Assembly: GCA_902530535.1 (NCBI GenBank)
Contig: CACAAP010000003.1
Span: 721 to 64,720, forward strand
Direction of reading: 5' to 3'
Length of the DNA: 64,000 nucleotides
Source: an uncultured Candidatus Poseidoniales archaeon
Lineage (GTDB): Archaea > Thermoplasmatota > Poseidoniia > Poseidoniales > Thalassarchaeaceae
The first letter of the stretch is position 1. Every line of letters starts with the position of its first letter. The position numbers and the translations under genes are program-made. This document shows positions 20,227 through 31,159 of the stretch, one piece after another. The notes under the pieces were generated by a model. That model did not search any database and had not been told where the DNA came from. It saw only the letters and a list, made by a program, of their open reading frames with translations.

Positions 20227-20367
20227 ATTCTTTCTGGAACACCATTTTTTTTCAAGTCTATGTCGATGATTCTGGGAAATTGCGCCTTTCCAGGTATGCT
20301 AAGAACTCCGAGAAATCACCGGTATTTGCCCAGTATGCAATACAATTTCAAATATCTTACAATTTTT

Positions 20368-20443
20368 TGGTAGTCCCGCCCGGATTCGAACCAGGGTCCC
20401 CGGGACCAAAACCCGAGATGATGGACCACTACACTACGGGACT
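20368..20443 (-). tRNA. tRNA-Gln(TTG), intronless, CCA encoded
   Basis: Reverse complement AGTCCCG...TCGGG-TTTTGGT-CCCGG...GGTTCGAATCC...CGGGACT-ACCA. A1-U72 pair typical of archaeal tRNA-Gln. Confidence 0.95.
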
Positions 20444-20529
20444 CCGTTACCCCCCTCGCACACCCACTCTTTGTATTTGACGGGACGGTTATCCGTCAAT
20501 ATCAAGCCATATTCTTCCTGCCGTGAACT

Positions 20530-23500
20530 GTGCGAGGCAGACTTGTACTGTTATCGATGGTTTTGCTACTGGCCTCTTCATTGTCTTCTTTGGCCTATGG
20601 GGCAACTCCAGACAACAATAACGATATCTCAGAAATCTCAGAAAACGAGCATAAAGTTCAGGGAACCCATAATCCATGGATAGAACAGTCACTTTTCGAT
20701 AGGTTCGAAACCGGACAGAAGAATATCCGTGTCACTGCCATCACTAGTTCTCTTGGGCACTTGGACACGTGGCAGAGGCAGATCGGAGCTATAGACAGGC
20801 AAGCTCCAGCCAGCCCGGGGGAAAGACTCTCTCATCATGAAACGACCTCCACTGGAACGGATCACCGGACCTTTTGGGTCAACTCCTCTTTTTTGCCAAA
20901 GCTAATCCAGGTTTCAGGAATCGTGGCTTTGCTGGATGCAGAGAATTCTCCAGAGCCCTATGGAATCTTACCCATCGAGCCGAGTCCCAATACTGTAAGA
21001 TCCGGAGAGATACACGGTGCGAATGATGCTTGGGAGATGGGATTCTCAGGCGAGGGGCTAATAGTCGCAGTTGCAGATACGGGGGTCGACTTCGCCCATC
21101 CCGATCTGAATGGGACCCAGGCCAGAGTTGGATTCCAGAACTCTTCATACTACGGCTGGCCTCTGATGTTCGATCACAACAGCATGTATACTTGGATGGT
21201 AGATGGAAAGGCCTACCCTGAGTCAAATACGTGGTATGCCGATACATCCATCGTAGATTTCGATAATGACTCGGACGGGATACTCGACGAATCGGGTTTG
21301 AACATCACAGGAGTGAACGAATCCCTATCAGGAGAGTATCACCTTGGGGAGCATCCTGACTGGCGCCTGCGTGACAGGGCCGGTGGCGACGTCCCGATTC
21401 TGGTCGTTGATGATCGATTATCAGGGGTATACGAGACCGTTTGGCCCGACACGGATAGAGACGGTTGGTTCGGCAACGAGACTCCCATGCGACCGGGAGA
21501 GGAGACATCTGGTAGGGATACGGATGGCGATGGTCTCTGGGACGTCTCCGCCGGACTCGTATACTGGGTATCCGATGGAGTAAACGGAGTCCCGTACGGA
21601 GGGACCTACTCTGCTAGACACGGGTACTCAGACAGGATCGCAGGACCCGGAAACCTGACTCTTTTCATGCTAGAGTCAGGAACACATGGGACCCTTTGTG
21701 CCAGTGCCATCTCCGCCCAGGGCGTCGTTGATGATGGCAGAGTACTAGGAATGGCACCAAATGCTACGATTTCCTCAATTGGAAACCACTACTCAGGAGG
21801 GCACTCATTGGATGCATGGAGATTCATTGCCGAGGGTTATGACGGAGATCCAAGCACACCAGATCAACCGAACATAGGGTCTTTCTCTTTCGGGTACTCT
21901 TCTGTCGACGACTCTGGGGCCGATGGATATTCCCTATACCTAGATTGGATAACCAGAGTTTACAACTCAAATGCATCGTACGCCGTAGCGATCGGAAACG
22001 GGGGTCACGGCTTCGGGACAACAAAGGTGCCAGGCGCTGCCCACGGGGTATTCTCAGTGGGTGCGTTCAGTAGCCGCTCCTCTGACTCATGGGGGCAGAG
22101 CGCACCATGGTCGAACAGAGGTCCAAACGCCGTTGGAAGGATGGATCCCGACATCGTAGCAGTCGGTTGGTCGGCAACTGGAGATATGCCACTCAACAAC
22201 TACGACAATGCAAACCAGGCATGGACGACATGGGGAGGGACCAGCCTGGCCACACCTGTAGTGGCTGGACTCCTCGCTCTGGTGGAGGAGGCTTGGCTGG
22301 AGAATAGGGGCTACCATCCTAAATCTCAGGAGCTCCGTGACTTCGTCCTATCAACCTCAGATGACAGAGGGTACGAGTCCTTTGTTCAGGGAGGCGGATG
22401 GATGAACGCCTCTCGTGCGGTCAAGACCCTAGCCGCAGAGAACGGAACGTGGTCTGCATCCCCTGCACAATGGAACACAGGTTGGTTCCATGGCAAGCAT
22501 AGAGACGCAAATCTGAATTCCATATCACCAGGAGAATCACAGACATTCGATGTCAAATTCGAAAACCCCGGGTCATCAGAACTCCAACTCAATCTGACAC
22601 CTGTCTCCTTCCAGCCCCTTGCTCACGAGGTCCTAGTCTGGAACAGCACAGGAAACGGATCAGGAGGCGGGGAGAACGACTCATGGGACGGACACCAAGG
22701 CGATAGACCGGACTTGCTCATACCCATACACATAACCAACGACTCCTCCCACAGACTTCACCCAGATACGGTGCAATTCAGAGCAAGAGCCACAATCCAG
22801 TATGACGCATTCGACGAGGATCTCGACAGGTCTTCAATGGAGCGGGTATATCTAGAGGTCTTCAGATGGAGTGATTTCGATGGCGATGGCACCTATCACA
22901 ACGACAGCGACAGCGATGGAATGGTTGACGAGTCAGAGTGGGAGGACTCAGAAGAGCTCGAGGAAGTGACCTACTGGTGGTATCATGGACCCCAAGCGGA
23001 GGTAAGAGTGGGCCTTCCTTTCGAAGATGCTCGAGATGGACTGCTACTTGGGGTCTGGAGGTACGATGCAAGTCCTTCGGGACTAGACCCAGTTCGGATA
23101 GAAATCGATTGGACCTCCTTCGGGATCTCCGATGACGAATGGATATCCACAAGCGAGAACATCGAAATCGAACCAGGCTCCAATCACACCGTACCCGTCA
23201 CTGTTTCAGTGCCACAAGACTCCACCCCAGGCCTCCATCAACACGGCATTCTCGTCCAATCACAATCAGCAGATGATCCCAATAATTCCAGAAGCTGGAC
23301 TCTGCCAATAGTAACAAACGTCCCTTGGGAGGGTCCCTTCTCCCTGCTCCCGAAACCCCTAGACGGCAACGTAACCAACCAGACCCTGTACACCGAATCC
23401 TGGATAAGTGGTGCGATGAGATGGGGCTGGAGGCCCGAGAGCGGGGACTGGAGGTTCCTCACAGTCGACTGGCCCGAGGAACTAGGCCAAGACGGGGCGA

Positions 23501-26496
23501 TCATCCTAGATGTTGATTGGGGTGACAACCCTTACACGGACATAGATGTGCTATGGCTTACTGAGACGGCTCACGGATACTACGATGACGATCCGGACTC
23601 GTATGGGCCTAGCACATTCTTCATCGAAGAACGATCGGTGAACAACCACGCAACGAGCGGACAGCACAACTGGGGGACATACACGGGTACCTCCAGAGAG
23701 ACCTTCGCAGTCCCAGCAACTTCCGGAACTCACCAAATGATCCTCCACACCGCACTGCACGGAGTAGAGACCAACGACAACCCCCTCAACATCTCAGTCG
23801 GATACATTTCAGCAGAATCCTCAGGCTTCAGCAGGACCGTTTCAGACTGGTCCGAGTCTGAAGGGAACGATACCGCCCTCGTGGTCTCTACAATGCCAAT
23901 GCCCGTGGAGTCCGTTTCTTCTCACGGTTGGGTCAGGCCCATCTACCTGGACAACCAGGTAGCATTCCAGGACGACCCAGGTGACAAGATGACAGCATCT
24001 TGGTGGTACAACTTGACCATGGAGGAGGCATCCGAGCTCACTGTCTCTATGGACTCTTATGATAGCGTGGATCTCGACCTATTCCTCTTCAGAGACGGAG
24101 ACGGAGACGGCATTTTCTCCTCAGGCGAAGAAGTCACGAGATCATGGAGCGGGACCTCTTCGGAAACGATTTCAGTAACAGATCCGGAGGACGGACTGTA
24201 CGGCGTAGCAGTCCACGGATATTCGGTGGATGGAGAAGGGACCGACTTCTGGATTGACATCGAGGTCGTCGCGGGGTCATCCTTGGACGTACCCTCATTC
24301 CACGATCTGAACGAATCAGTGATTTCCGATATCTGGCCTTCTGGTTCAGATTCCTTAGGGGGGCGAGTCCCCACCGGAGCGGTAGAGCTGAACATCAGCT
24401 ACCTAAGGCCTCCCGAGGAAGGGAACTGGACAGGCTTCATCGACCTATCCCTCGAAGGAGGTGCACTGATCCGACTCCCATATCACTACGAGTTAGTCGA
24501 ACTAGACCCAGAGATATCGTTCACAGCTCCCCTGAACCTCACTGAGACCAATACACAACTGCCAATAAAACTGCATGCAGCAGATATCGGAATAGGATTC
24601 AACATATCCGATCTGACTTGGACATGGCCGTCAAACAATACGACATTCCCAGCTGACTCGGTTTGGGGGTTATCCACAAACGGGACCCTCCACGACCTCA
24701 CCTCTATCTGGAATGGTGTCAGCAACTTATCCGACAACCTACTCCTGAGGGAGGCTTGGGTGAACTCGACACTCCCCGCTACCGAGCAATGGTTCGAATT
24801 CCACGCGATTGTCTCGGACGCATCCGGACGCACCTCCTCTTCGGACCTAGCCGTCTCCTACGATGTCACATCCCCGATGCTGGCCATTCACGGGGTTCCC
24901 TGGATAACAAACACCGAGACTCTGGACTTCCAGATACAAACCGAGCCCGGCTCGAACCTAGTGGTCGAAGGCTCCGTGGTCGAGACGAACGAGGAAGGCC
25001 TGGCAAACCTCTCCTTCGTACTGGAGGAATCGGAGATGGGCATATTCACTGGACAGTCTGGAGAACAGTCTTTCTACTACAACAGCGACCCTAACGTTTT
25101 CGAAGTCTCCTCTACGGACAATGCAGGCAACTCCGCCACGGCCTCTTTCCAGGTCGTTTACGACCCCTCACCTCCTTCAGAAGTATCCCTAATCACACTG
25201 CAGGACCAGGCATACTACAGCTACGGCCCAACCGAACTGCAACACCCGATCAACATAACAAGCGGCGAGGTGATCCTCGAAATCCCAGCCGATACGATGG
25301 AATGGTGCGTCTTCGTAATGTACTTCTCATGGGTCCAGACTTCAGATTGCACAGAAGAAACATCCCTGCCCCCAATCCTGAACGCGAGCACAGGATTCCC
25401 ACTTCCAGGCATTAACCAATATGAAGAAACCACAGAAATCTCCGTCCCACTCTCCCTAGAAGGGCTGGGACAGGGTGATGTAGCCATATCGATATCACTC
25501 GAGGACTGGGCCGGAAACACACACCATAGAAATTGGTCCCTGACTATGGACTCAATTGCCCCGGAAATATCCTGGGTACTCTCCCCATCCAGCGGAGATA
25601 CACTGGGGGACCACGTGCAGAACCTTTCGTGGTGGTCTTCGGAGGAAGTGTCCCTGAGGGTGTTCGTAAACGGAGTTGAGGTGACGACTCAGACCGGATC
25701 CTCCGGGTCCCGAGCGATGATTCTGAACTCCACAGGGAGCCAAACATTCTGCCTTCACGCCATTGACCGGACCTCTCCTCAGGAAAACAACAACTCATTC
25801 CACGAGTGCAGGGAAATGCAACTGCCTGAGTCAAACTACGACACATCGGTATCGGGAAGTAGCCAACCCTTGGTCTCACTCGATAGCATAGACATCATCC
25901 TAGACAGGCACCCGTCACAAGAAGTCCGCTGGACCAGCCTCACAACAGGATCAACGGGAGTGGTAGAACCGGGTACAGTCTACCCAGTCCTATCGCTCGA
26001 TCTGGTTGAAGGTCAGAACGAATTCCTAATCGAGATAGACTCACTAGATAGCACGGACTCCTACACAATTTCTGTAGAGCTAGACTCTACCCCTCCAGTA
26101 CTGGCATTCTCGGAGAAGACGTACCAGGGCTCCACACTGTCGAATCTCAGGGAGGTATCCGGAGAATGCGAACCCGGCCTTCTAGTTAGAATAAGCAGCG
26201 AAGTCCAATCGAGAGACTTAATCTGTCCTGAGACAGGCATCTTCCATCAGAACATCACCGTCCCCGACTCCCCAGGACAGCACATCTTGGAGGGATTCTC
26301 GATGGACCAAGCCAAGAACTCAAATCAATACCAGATTGACGTACTGAAGCAAGACTGGATAGACTGGGCCATAGACGATGCTCAGAACTCCGGGACCATG
26401 CTGTGGGTATTCTCCCTGAGTGGTATTGCGACTCTCTCCGTCATCATTGCAATAACGCTGAGAATAGCCAGAAGAAGGATGGTTCGGTCGGAGTAG
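20530..26496 (+). CDS. Large membrane-anchored S8 (subtilisin/pyrolysin-like) serine protease
   Basis: Signal peptide; catalytic triad motifs VADTGVD, HGTLCAS, GGTSLATP; oxyanion AIGNGG; PPC-like domain (DLDLFLF); Ig-like repeats (YDVTSP, LDSTPP); C-terminal TM plus RRR. Confidence 0.92.
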   Translation: MRGRLVLLSMVLLLASSLSSLAYGATPDNNNDISEISENEHKVQGTHNPWIEQSLFDRFETGQKNIRVTAITSSLGHLDTWQRQIGAIDRQAPASPGERLSHHETTSTGTDHRTFWVNSSFLPKLIQVSGIVALLDAENSPEPYGILPIEPSPNTVRSGEIHGANDAWEMGFSGEGLIVAVADTGVDFAHPDLNGTQARVGFQNSSYYGWPLMFDHNSMYTWMVDGKAYPESNTWYADTSIVDFDNDSDGILDESGLNITGVNESLSGEYHLGEHPDWRLRDRAGGDVPILVVDDRLSGVYETVWPDTDRDGWFGNETPMRPGEETSGRDTDGDGLWDVSAGLVYWVSDGVNGVPYGGTYSARHGYSDRIAGPGNLTLFMLESGTHGTLCASAISAQGVVDDGRVLGMAPNATISSIGNHYSGGHSLDAWRFIAEGYDGDPSTPDQPNIGSFSFGYSSVDDSGADGYSLYLDWITRVYNSNASYAVAIGNGGHGFGTTKVPGAAHGVFSVGAFSSRSSDSWGQSAPWSNRGPNAVGRMDPDIVAVGWSATGDMPLNNYDNANQAWTTWGGTSLATPVVAGLLALVEEAWLENRGYHPKSQELRDFVLSTSDDRGYESFVQGGGWMNASRAVKTLAAENGTWSASPAQWNTGWFHGKHRDANLNSISPGESQTFDVKFENPGSSELQLNLTPVSFQPLAHEVLVWNSTGNGSGGGENDSWDGHQGDRPDLLIPIHITNDSSHRLHPDTVQFRARATIQYDAFDEDLDRSSMERVYLEVFRWSDFDGDGTYHNDSDSDGMVDESEWEDSEELEEVTYWWYHGPQAEVRVGLPFEDARDGLLLGVWRYDASPSGLDPVRIEIDWTSFGISDDEWISTSENIEIEPGSNHTVPVTVSVPQDSTPGLHQHGILVQSQSADDPNNSRSWTLPIVTNVPWEGPFSLLPKPLDGNVTNQTLYTESWISGAMRWGWRPESGDWRFLTVDWPEELGQDGAIILDVDWGDNPYTDIDVLWLTETAHGYYDDDPDSYGPSTFFIEERSVNNHATSGQHNWGTYTGTSRETFAVPATSGTHQMILHTALHGVETNDNPLNISVGYISAESSGFSRTVSDWSESEGNDTALVVSTMPMPVESVSSHGWVRPIYLDNQVAFQDDPGDKMTASWWYNLTMEEASELTVSMDSYDSVDLDLFLFRDGDGDGIFSSGEEVTRSWSGTSSETISVTDPEDGLYGVAVHGYSVDGEGTDFWIDIEVVAGSSLDVPSFHDLNESVISDIWPSGSDSLGGRVPTGAVELNISYLRPPEEGNWTGFIDLSLEGGALIRLPYHYELVELDPEISFTAPLNLTETNTQLPIKLHAADIGIGFNISDLTWTWPSNNTTFPADSVWGLSTNGTLHDLTSIWNGVSNLSDNLLLREAWVNSTLPATEQWFEFHAIVSDASGRTSSSDLAVSYDVTSPMLAIHGVPWITNTETLDFQIQTEPGSNLVVEGSVVETNEEGLANLSFVLEESEMGIFTGQSGEQSFYYNSDPNVFEVSSTDNAGNSATASFQVVYDPSPPSEVSLITLQDQAYYSYGPTELQHPINITSGEVILEIPADTMEWCVFVMYFSWVQTSDCTEETSLPPILNASTGFPLPGINQYEETTEISVPLSLEGLGQGDVAISISLEDWAGNTHHRNWSLTMDSIAPEISWVLSPSSGDTLGDHVQNLSWWSSEEVSLRVFVNGVEVTTQTGSSGSRAMILNSTGSQTFCLHAIDRTSPQENNNSFHECREMQLPESNYDTSVSGSSQPLVSLDSIDIILDRHPSQEVRWTSLTTGSTGVVEPGTVYPVLSLDLVEGQNEFLIEIDSLDSTDSYTISVELDSTPPVLAFSEKTYQGSTLSNLREVSGECEPGLLVRISSEVQSRDLICPETGIFHQNITVPDSPGQHILEGFSMDQAKNSNQYQIDVLKQDWIDWAIDDAQNSGTMLWVFSLSGIATLSVIIAITLRIARRRMVRSE

Positions 26497-26539
26497 CCGC
26501 ATCCCAAACCTCATCTCCCCGTCCATCCCGGAGTCAAAC

Positions 26540-27388
26540 ATGGCAGTTCACTCGGTAGGAGTCGTCGGCTCTGGGCAGATGGGGAACGGAATCGCTCAGG
26601 TCGCTGCTTGTAGCGGCAAGGAAGTCATGATGGTTGACATCAAAGAGGAGTTCCTCGAGAGAGCGGTGTCAACGATTTCCAACTCCCTGGATAAGCTTGC
26701 TTCCAAGGGAAGAATTACCGACGAGCAAGCCTCTTCCGCACTGTCCAGGATCAGTACATCAGTGAGCATGGACGCACTCTCTGCATGCGATCTAGTCGTC
26801 GAGGCGATACCCGAGATACCAGAACTGAAGTTCAGCACCTTCAGCCAACTGGACTCCATCTGCAAGCCAGAGGCAATCCTGGCAAGCAACACCTCGAGCA
26901 TCTCGATAAACGAGATAGCCAGCCACACAAAAAGGGCTGACCGAGTAATCGGGATGCACTTCATGAACCCAGTCCCGATCATGAAACTAGTAGAGGTCAT
27001 CAACGGCGAAGAAACCTCCGAAGAGGTCACTTCCGAAGTGATCTCAGCCTCCGAGGAGATGGGTAAGATCGCGCTTTCCTGCATGGACTCCCCCGGATTC
27101 GTCAGCAACAGGATCCTAATGCCAATGATCAACGAGGCAATCCTGACTCTGCAGGAGGGCGTAGCAGAGCCAGAGGCAATAGACGGGATAATGAAGCTGG
27201 GGATGAACCACCCAATAGGCCCACTTGCTCTTGCTGACCTGATTGGTCTGGATACGGTAATGCACATTCTGAACGTACTCGAAGAAGGCATGGAAGACGA
27301 CAAGTACGCACCCGCAGATCTACTCGTGGAGAAGGTATCCAAAGGAGAGCTAGGGAGGAAGTCCGGCACAGGATTCTACCATTACTAA
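26540..27388 (+). CDS. hbd: 3-hydroxybutyryl/3-hydroxyacyl-CoA dehydrogenase
   Basis: GSGQMGNGIA, ASNTSS, GMHFMNP, PGFVSNR, LGRKSGTGFY. Confidence 0.92.
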   Translation: MAVHSVGVVGSGQMGNGIAQVAACSGKEVMMVDIKEEFLERAVSTISNSLDKLASKGRITDEQASSALSRISTSVSMDALSACDLVVEAIPEIPELKFSTFSQLDSICKPEAILASNTSSISINEIASHTKRADRVIGMHFMNPVPIMKLVEVINGEETSEEVTSEVISASEEMGKIALSCMDSPGFVSNRILMPMINEAILTLQEGVAEPEAIDGIMKLGMNHPIGPLALADLIGLDTVMHILNVLEEGMEDDKYAPADLLVEKVSKGELGRKSGTGFYHY

Positions 27389-27406
27389 AACGATGCACTC
27401 GCACGC

Positions 27407-27423
27407 GGTGTGTTTTTTGCACC
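27407..27423. repeat. 17-bp element GGTGTGTTTTTTGCACC, copy 1
   Basis: 15/17 identical to 31140-31156; internally an imperfect inverted repeat. Confidence 0.5.
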
Positions 27424-27466
27424 ATTTTTCACCAACCTTCAATACACTCGGGCCTACGCCATAACC

Positions 27467-30400
27467 ATGGGCGATACGGCAGCGACCGCTAGGGCACTGG
27501 CCACGATCTTGATTCTGAGCCTAATCTCCTCGATTGCAATCGCTGACGACGCAGGCTCGGGTTCAGACGCCGGTGGATCAGCTAGCACATCGACCTCCCT
27601 AAGCGCTACCAACTCAACCTACTCGGGAAACCTGTCCGCTACTGACACATCTGACTTCTACTCCATATCCATGCCCAATGGAACCGGAGTATCCGTTGGC
27701 CTGACCTCTCCCTCGGGGGCCGATTTCGACCTTTACCTATACGACTCGGGCAACTCGCAAATAGACTCCAGCCTCTCGACCTCTTCATACGACGAGGTCA
27801 CATCAAACGGCACCAGTATTGGCGGCACCACAGTCTACATCGAGGCTAGGAGGTGGTCGGGATCCGGGCAATACTCCCTACAGGTTTGGATATTCTCAGA
27901 ACCGCAAGCGCCTACCCAGAACGATGCGGGTACAGGAGGGGACGCTGGAGACGCCGCGACTTCTGCCACTGCTCTGAATTCGAGCAATCAGTCGGTATCA
28001 GGGTGGATCTCGGATACATTTGACACCCAGGATTGGTACAACATCTCAGTTCCATCTGGTAACGGCATCTTCGTTACCATGAGCTTCCCTAACGGATCCA
28101 CATCGGGCTCGCAACTCTCGCTCATCGAGTCAAGCGCAACCTACTACATCCAATACGACTACTCTTCCCCCTACGAGGTTTCGAGCAATGGCTCCAGCGT
28201 AGGGGGTAGCTACGTATACATCAGGGTACTTACCAACACAGACGAGGGCGACTACAACCTCACAATCACCCTGTTCTCCACTTCGGGGCAGCCTGGCTCC
28301 TCACAAGACGACGCTGGCTCAGGATTAGATGCAGGGGACTCATCTTCAACTGCCCTGCAGATAAACATGACCGGGAATCTCTCGACGTTCGAGGGATGGG
28401 TGGACAACAACTGGGACACAAGCGACTACTACTCCGTTTTCGTCCCTAACAACTGGACCACTTGGGCCTCATTGTCCTGGACGAACTCGTCGGCAGATCT
28501 GGACCTTTACCTCTATGACTCGAACCAGAACACCCTGTCTTACTCTTACTACGACAATCCCGAGACGGTATCAGCCAACTCATCTTCCGTTGGTGGAACA
28601 ACGGTTTACTACAACGTGTACGCCTACTCTGGCAATGACGTGTACTACAACCTGACAATAGGGCTGGCAAACCTCTCATCCAGCCCCGCCTACAATCAGA
28701 ACGACGCCAACTCCGGAGGAGACGCAGGAGATGACGTATCCACTGCACTCGACCTGGCTAACCAGAATGGGACATACTACGGATGGGTATCGGACACCTC
28801 CGACAACTACGACTTCTACTCCGTCCAAGTCCCCTCCAGCGTCGCCATAGAGGTAGAGCTTTCCTGGAACAACTCCGCAAACGACTTCGATCTCGGTCTG
28901 TACGATGAGGGCCAGTCACTGATAGACTCCAGCGTGTCTGACAACCCAGAATTCGTCGAGAGCGGCTCCACAGACGTAAGCAACACCACAGTCTACATCC
29001 TGGTTCAGTCCGTTTCGGGCACCTGGGGCAACGGAGGGGAGGGGGGATACACTCTGAACATCACATTCGTAAACCAGTCTGCCGTTCCCGGCCTGAACCA
29101 GAACGACGCATACACGGGAGGGGATGCGGGAGACGAGTACTCGAACGCCACCCCTCTAGTCAACGCAACGACCGGTTTCTCCGTATGGCCCGGGTACGTG
29201 GACAGCGGTTCAGACGACTACGACTACTACCAAGTCTACGTCCCCGTAGACCACGGAATTTCCCTCGAGCTATCTCCTGGGGCCGGTCAGTCGGACTGGC
29301 TGACACTCGCCCTCTATGACAGTTCCAACAGCCAGATAGACTCCTCCCTGTCCTCTAACCCCCAGGTCGTTTCCACAAATGCTTCCGGGACCTTCACGGG
29401 AGGGGAGAACCTCGTCATAGAGGTGTGGGCATACAGCGGGGGGGACAACTACAACCTGTCAATGTGGATATTCACCCTGGATGCGGATGGAGACGGTTAC
29501 TATGACCAAGTGGAGTACTCGTGCGGTTCCGATCCAAATGACAACTCCAGCACCCCCTCGGACGTAGACAACGACGGGATATGCGACCCGCTCGACGAGG
29601 ACATCGATGGTGACGGGGTGGACAACGCGAACGACACATTCCCGGAGGACGCGAACGAGACTACCGACAGCGATGGCGATGGAATCGGCGACAACGCGGA
29701 TACGGACGATGACAACGATGGGTGGTCAGACTCCGACGAGTACACGTGCGGTTCGGATTCGAACGACGCAGACTCATACCCCGATGACTTCGACGCAGAC
29801 TGGATTTGCGATGTTCTCGACGGGGACATTGATGGAGACGGGTACGATAACCAGTTCGACAGCTTCGACTTCGACCCCAACGAGTGGAACGACACCGACT
29901 CAGACGGAATAGGGGACAACTCAGACGGAGACGATGACGGTGACGGATTCAACGACGGAGTAGAGGAAGACTGTCTTTCCGACCCATTGGATCCCTCCTC
30001 GACACCGGAGGACACCGACTCAGACGGAGTATGCGACGAGCTAGACGATGACGTGGACGGGGACGGGATAGGCAACGACCTCGATGACTTCCCATTCGAC
30101 GATTCCGAGAGCACCGACACCGATGGGGACGGGATAGGCGACTCGTCCGACCCAGATGACGACAATGACGGATACCAGGACGACTTCGACGCCTTCCCAC
30201 TGGACTCAAGCGAGTGGAACGACAACGACGGCGACGGCCGGGGCGACAACGCGGACCTAGACGACGACAACGACGGATGGGACGATGCGGACGAGGAGTC
30301 CTGCGGTACCAACCCCTCTCTGGTGCAATCTGCCCCACAAGACTGGGACGGTGACAGGCTCTGTGACGTAAACGACCCCGACGACGACAATGACGCATGG

Positions 30401-31135
30401 AACGACACCGTTGACGCATTCCCCTACGACCCCAACGAGTGGGACGACCTGGATGCCGATGGACTGGGGTCCAACTCCGATCTCGATGACGACGGTGACG
30501 GTTGGAGCGACGACGACGAACTCAGCATATGCGGGACCGACCCCCGTGACCGGCTCTCCGTCCCAGCCGACTTCGACGGAGACAGGATTTGCGACAACCT
30601 AGACGACGATGACGACGACGACCTAGTACTGGACTTCGACGACGCCTTCCCGAAGGACCCAACAGAGACCAAGGACACGGATGGAGATGGCATCGGAGAC
30701 GGCTCAGACACCGATGACGATGGCGACGGATGGGCCGATTCCACCGAGGTGGTCTGCCAGACATCCCCAATCTCCGCCACAGAAGAGCCGTCGGACTTCG
30801 ACGACGATGGGACATGCGACCTGATAGACCCAGACGACGACAACGACGGGTGGACTGATCTCCAGGACGCCTTCCCATTCGATAGCCTCGAGTGGGAGGA
30901 CAGGAACTCTGACGGGCTAGGGGACAATGCTCACCCTCTCACGATCATGGACAAGATGAAGCTGAACCCGGGAGTATCGATAATGGCAATCGGATCGGTA
31001 GCAGCGATGCTATCTGGAACACTCGCATTCTTCTTCGGGAGAAGCAGGATGAAGGAGCAATTCGACGACGACCGGGGTTGGGACGAGGGACCCGAAGAGG
31101 ACGACGGATACTACGACGAATGGGAGTACCAGTAG
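27467..31135 (+). CDS. Cell-surface protein: five PPC-like domains, TSP3-like Asp-rich repeats, C-terminal TM
   Basis: Signal peptide; about 130-aa units beginning (Q)xDAxxGxDAG, several containing DxDLxLYD; DxDGDGxxDxxDxDDDxDG repeats; TM then acidic tail. Confidence 0.88.
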   Translation: MGDTAATARALATILILSLISSIAIADDAGSGSDAGGSASTSTSLSATNSTYSGNLSATDTSDFYSISMPNGTGVSVGLTSPSGADFDLYLYDSGNSQIDSSLSTSSYDEVTSNGTSIGGTTVYIEARRWSGSGQYSLQVWIFSEPQAPTQNDAGTGGDAGDAATSATALNSSNQSVSGWISDTFDTQDWYNISVPSGNGIFVTMSFPNGSTSGSQLSLIESSATYYIQYDYSSPYEVSSNGSSVGGSYVYIRVLTNTDEGDYNLTITLFSTSGQPGSSQDDAGSGLDAGDSSSTALQINMTGNLSTFEGWVDNNWDTSDYYSVFVPNNWTTWASLSWTNSSADLDLYLYDSNQNTLSYSYYDNPETVSANSSSVGGTTVYYNVYAYSGNDVYYNLTIGLANLSSSPAYNQNDANSGGDAGDDVSTALDLANQNGTYYGWVSDTSDNYDFYSVQVPSSVAIEVELSWNNSANDFDLGLYDEGQSLIDSSVSDNPEFVESGSTDVSNTTVYILVQSVSGTWGNGGEGGYTLNITFVNQSAVPGLNQNDAYTGGDAGDEYSNATPLVNATTGFSVWPGYVDSGSDDYDYYQVYVPVDHGISLELSPGAGQSDWLTLALYDSSNSQIDSSLSSNPQVVSTNASGTFTGGENLVIEVWAYSGGDNYNLSMWIFTLDADGDGYYDQVEYSCGSDPNDNSSTPSDVDNDGICDPLDEDIDGDGVDNANDTFPEDANETTDSDGDGIGDNADTDDDNDGWSDSDEYTCGSDSNDADSYPDDFDADWICDVLDGDIDGDGYDNQFDSFDFDPNEWNDTDSDGIGDNSDGDDDGDGFNDGVEEDCLSDPLDPSSTPEDTDSDGVCDELDDDVDGDGIGNDLDDFPFDDSESTDTDGDGIGDSSDPDDDNDGYQDDFDAFPLDSSEWNDNDGDGRGDNADLDDDNDGWDDADEESCGTNPSLVQSAPQDWDGDRLCDVNDPDDDNDAWNDTVDAFPYDPNEWDDLDADGLGSNSDLDDDGDGWSDDDELSICGTDPRDRLSVPADFDGDRICDNLDDDDDDDLVLDFDDAFPKDPTETKDTDGDGIGDGSDTDDDGDGWADSTEVVCQTSPISATEEPSDFDDDGTCDLIDPDDDNDGWTDLQDAFPFDSLEWEDRNSDGLGDNAHPLTIMDKMKLNPGVSIMAIGSVAAMLSGTLAFFFGRSRMKEQFDDDRGWDEGPEEDDGYYDEWEYQ

Positions 31136-31139
31136 AATT

Positions 31140-31156
31140 GGTGTACTTTTTGCACC
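31140..31156. repeat. 17-bp element GGTGTACTTTTTGCACC, copy 2, followed by a T-tract (possible terminator)
   Basis: Starts 5 nt after the stop codon at 31135 and is followed by GTGTTTTTTTT. Confidence 0.5.
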
Positions 31157-31159
31157 TTG

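Noticed and set aside
17640-20443. Intact integrative element or provirus at tRNA-Gln
   Set aside because: No integrase, no attL/attR duplication seen and no capsid or terminase genes. Kept only as a low-GC islet.
26596-27369. 257-aa antisense ORF opposite hbd
   Set aside because: Ser-rich mirror of a well-conserved sense gene with no family motifs.
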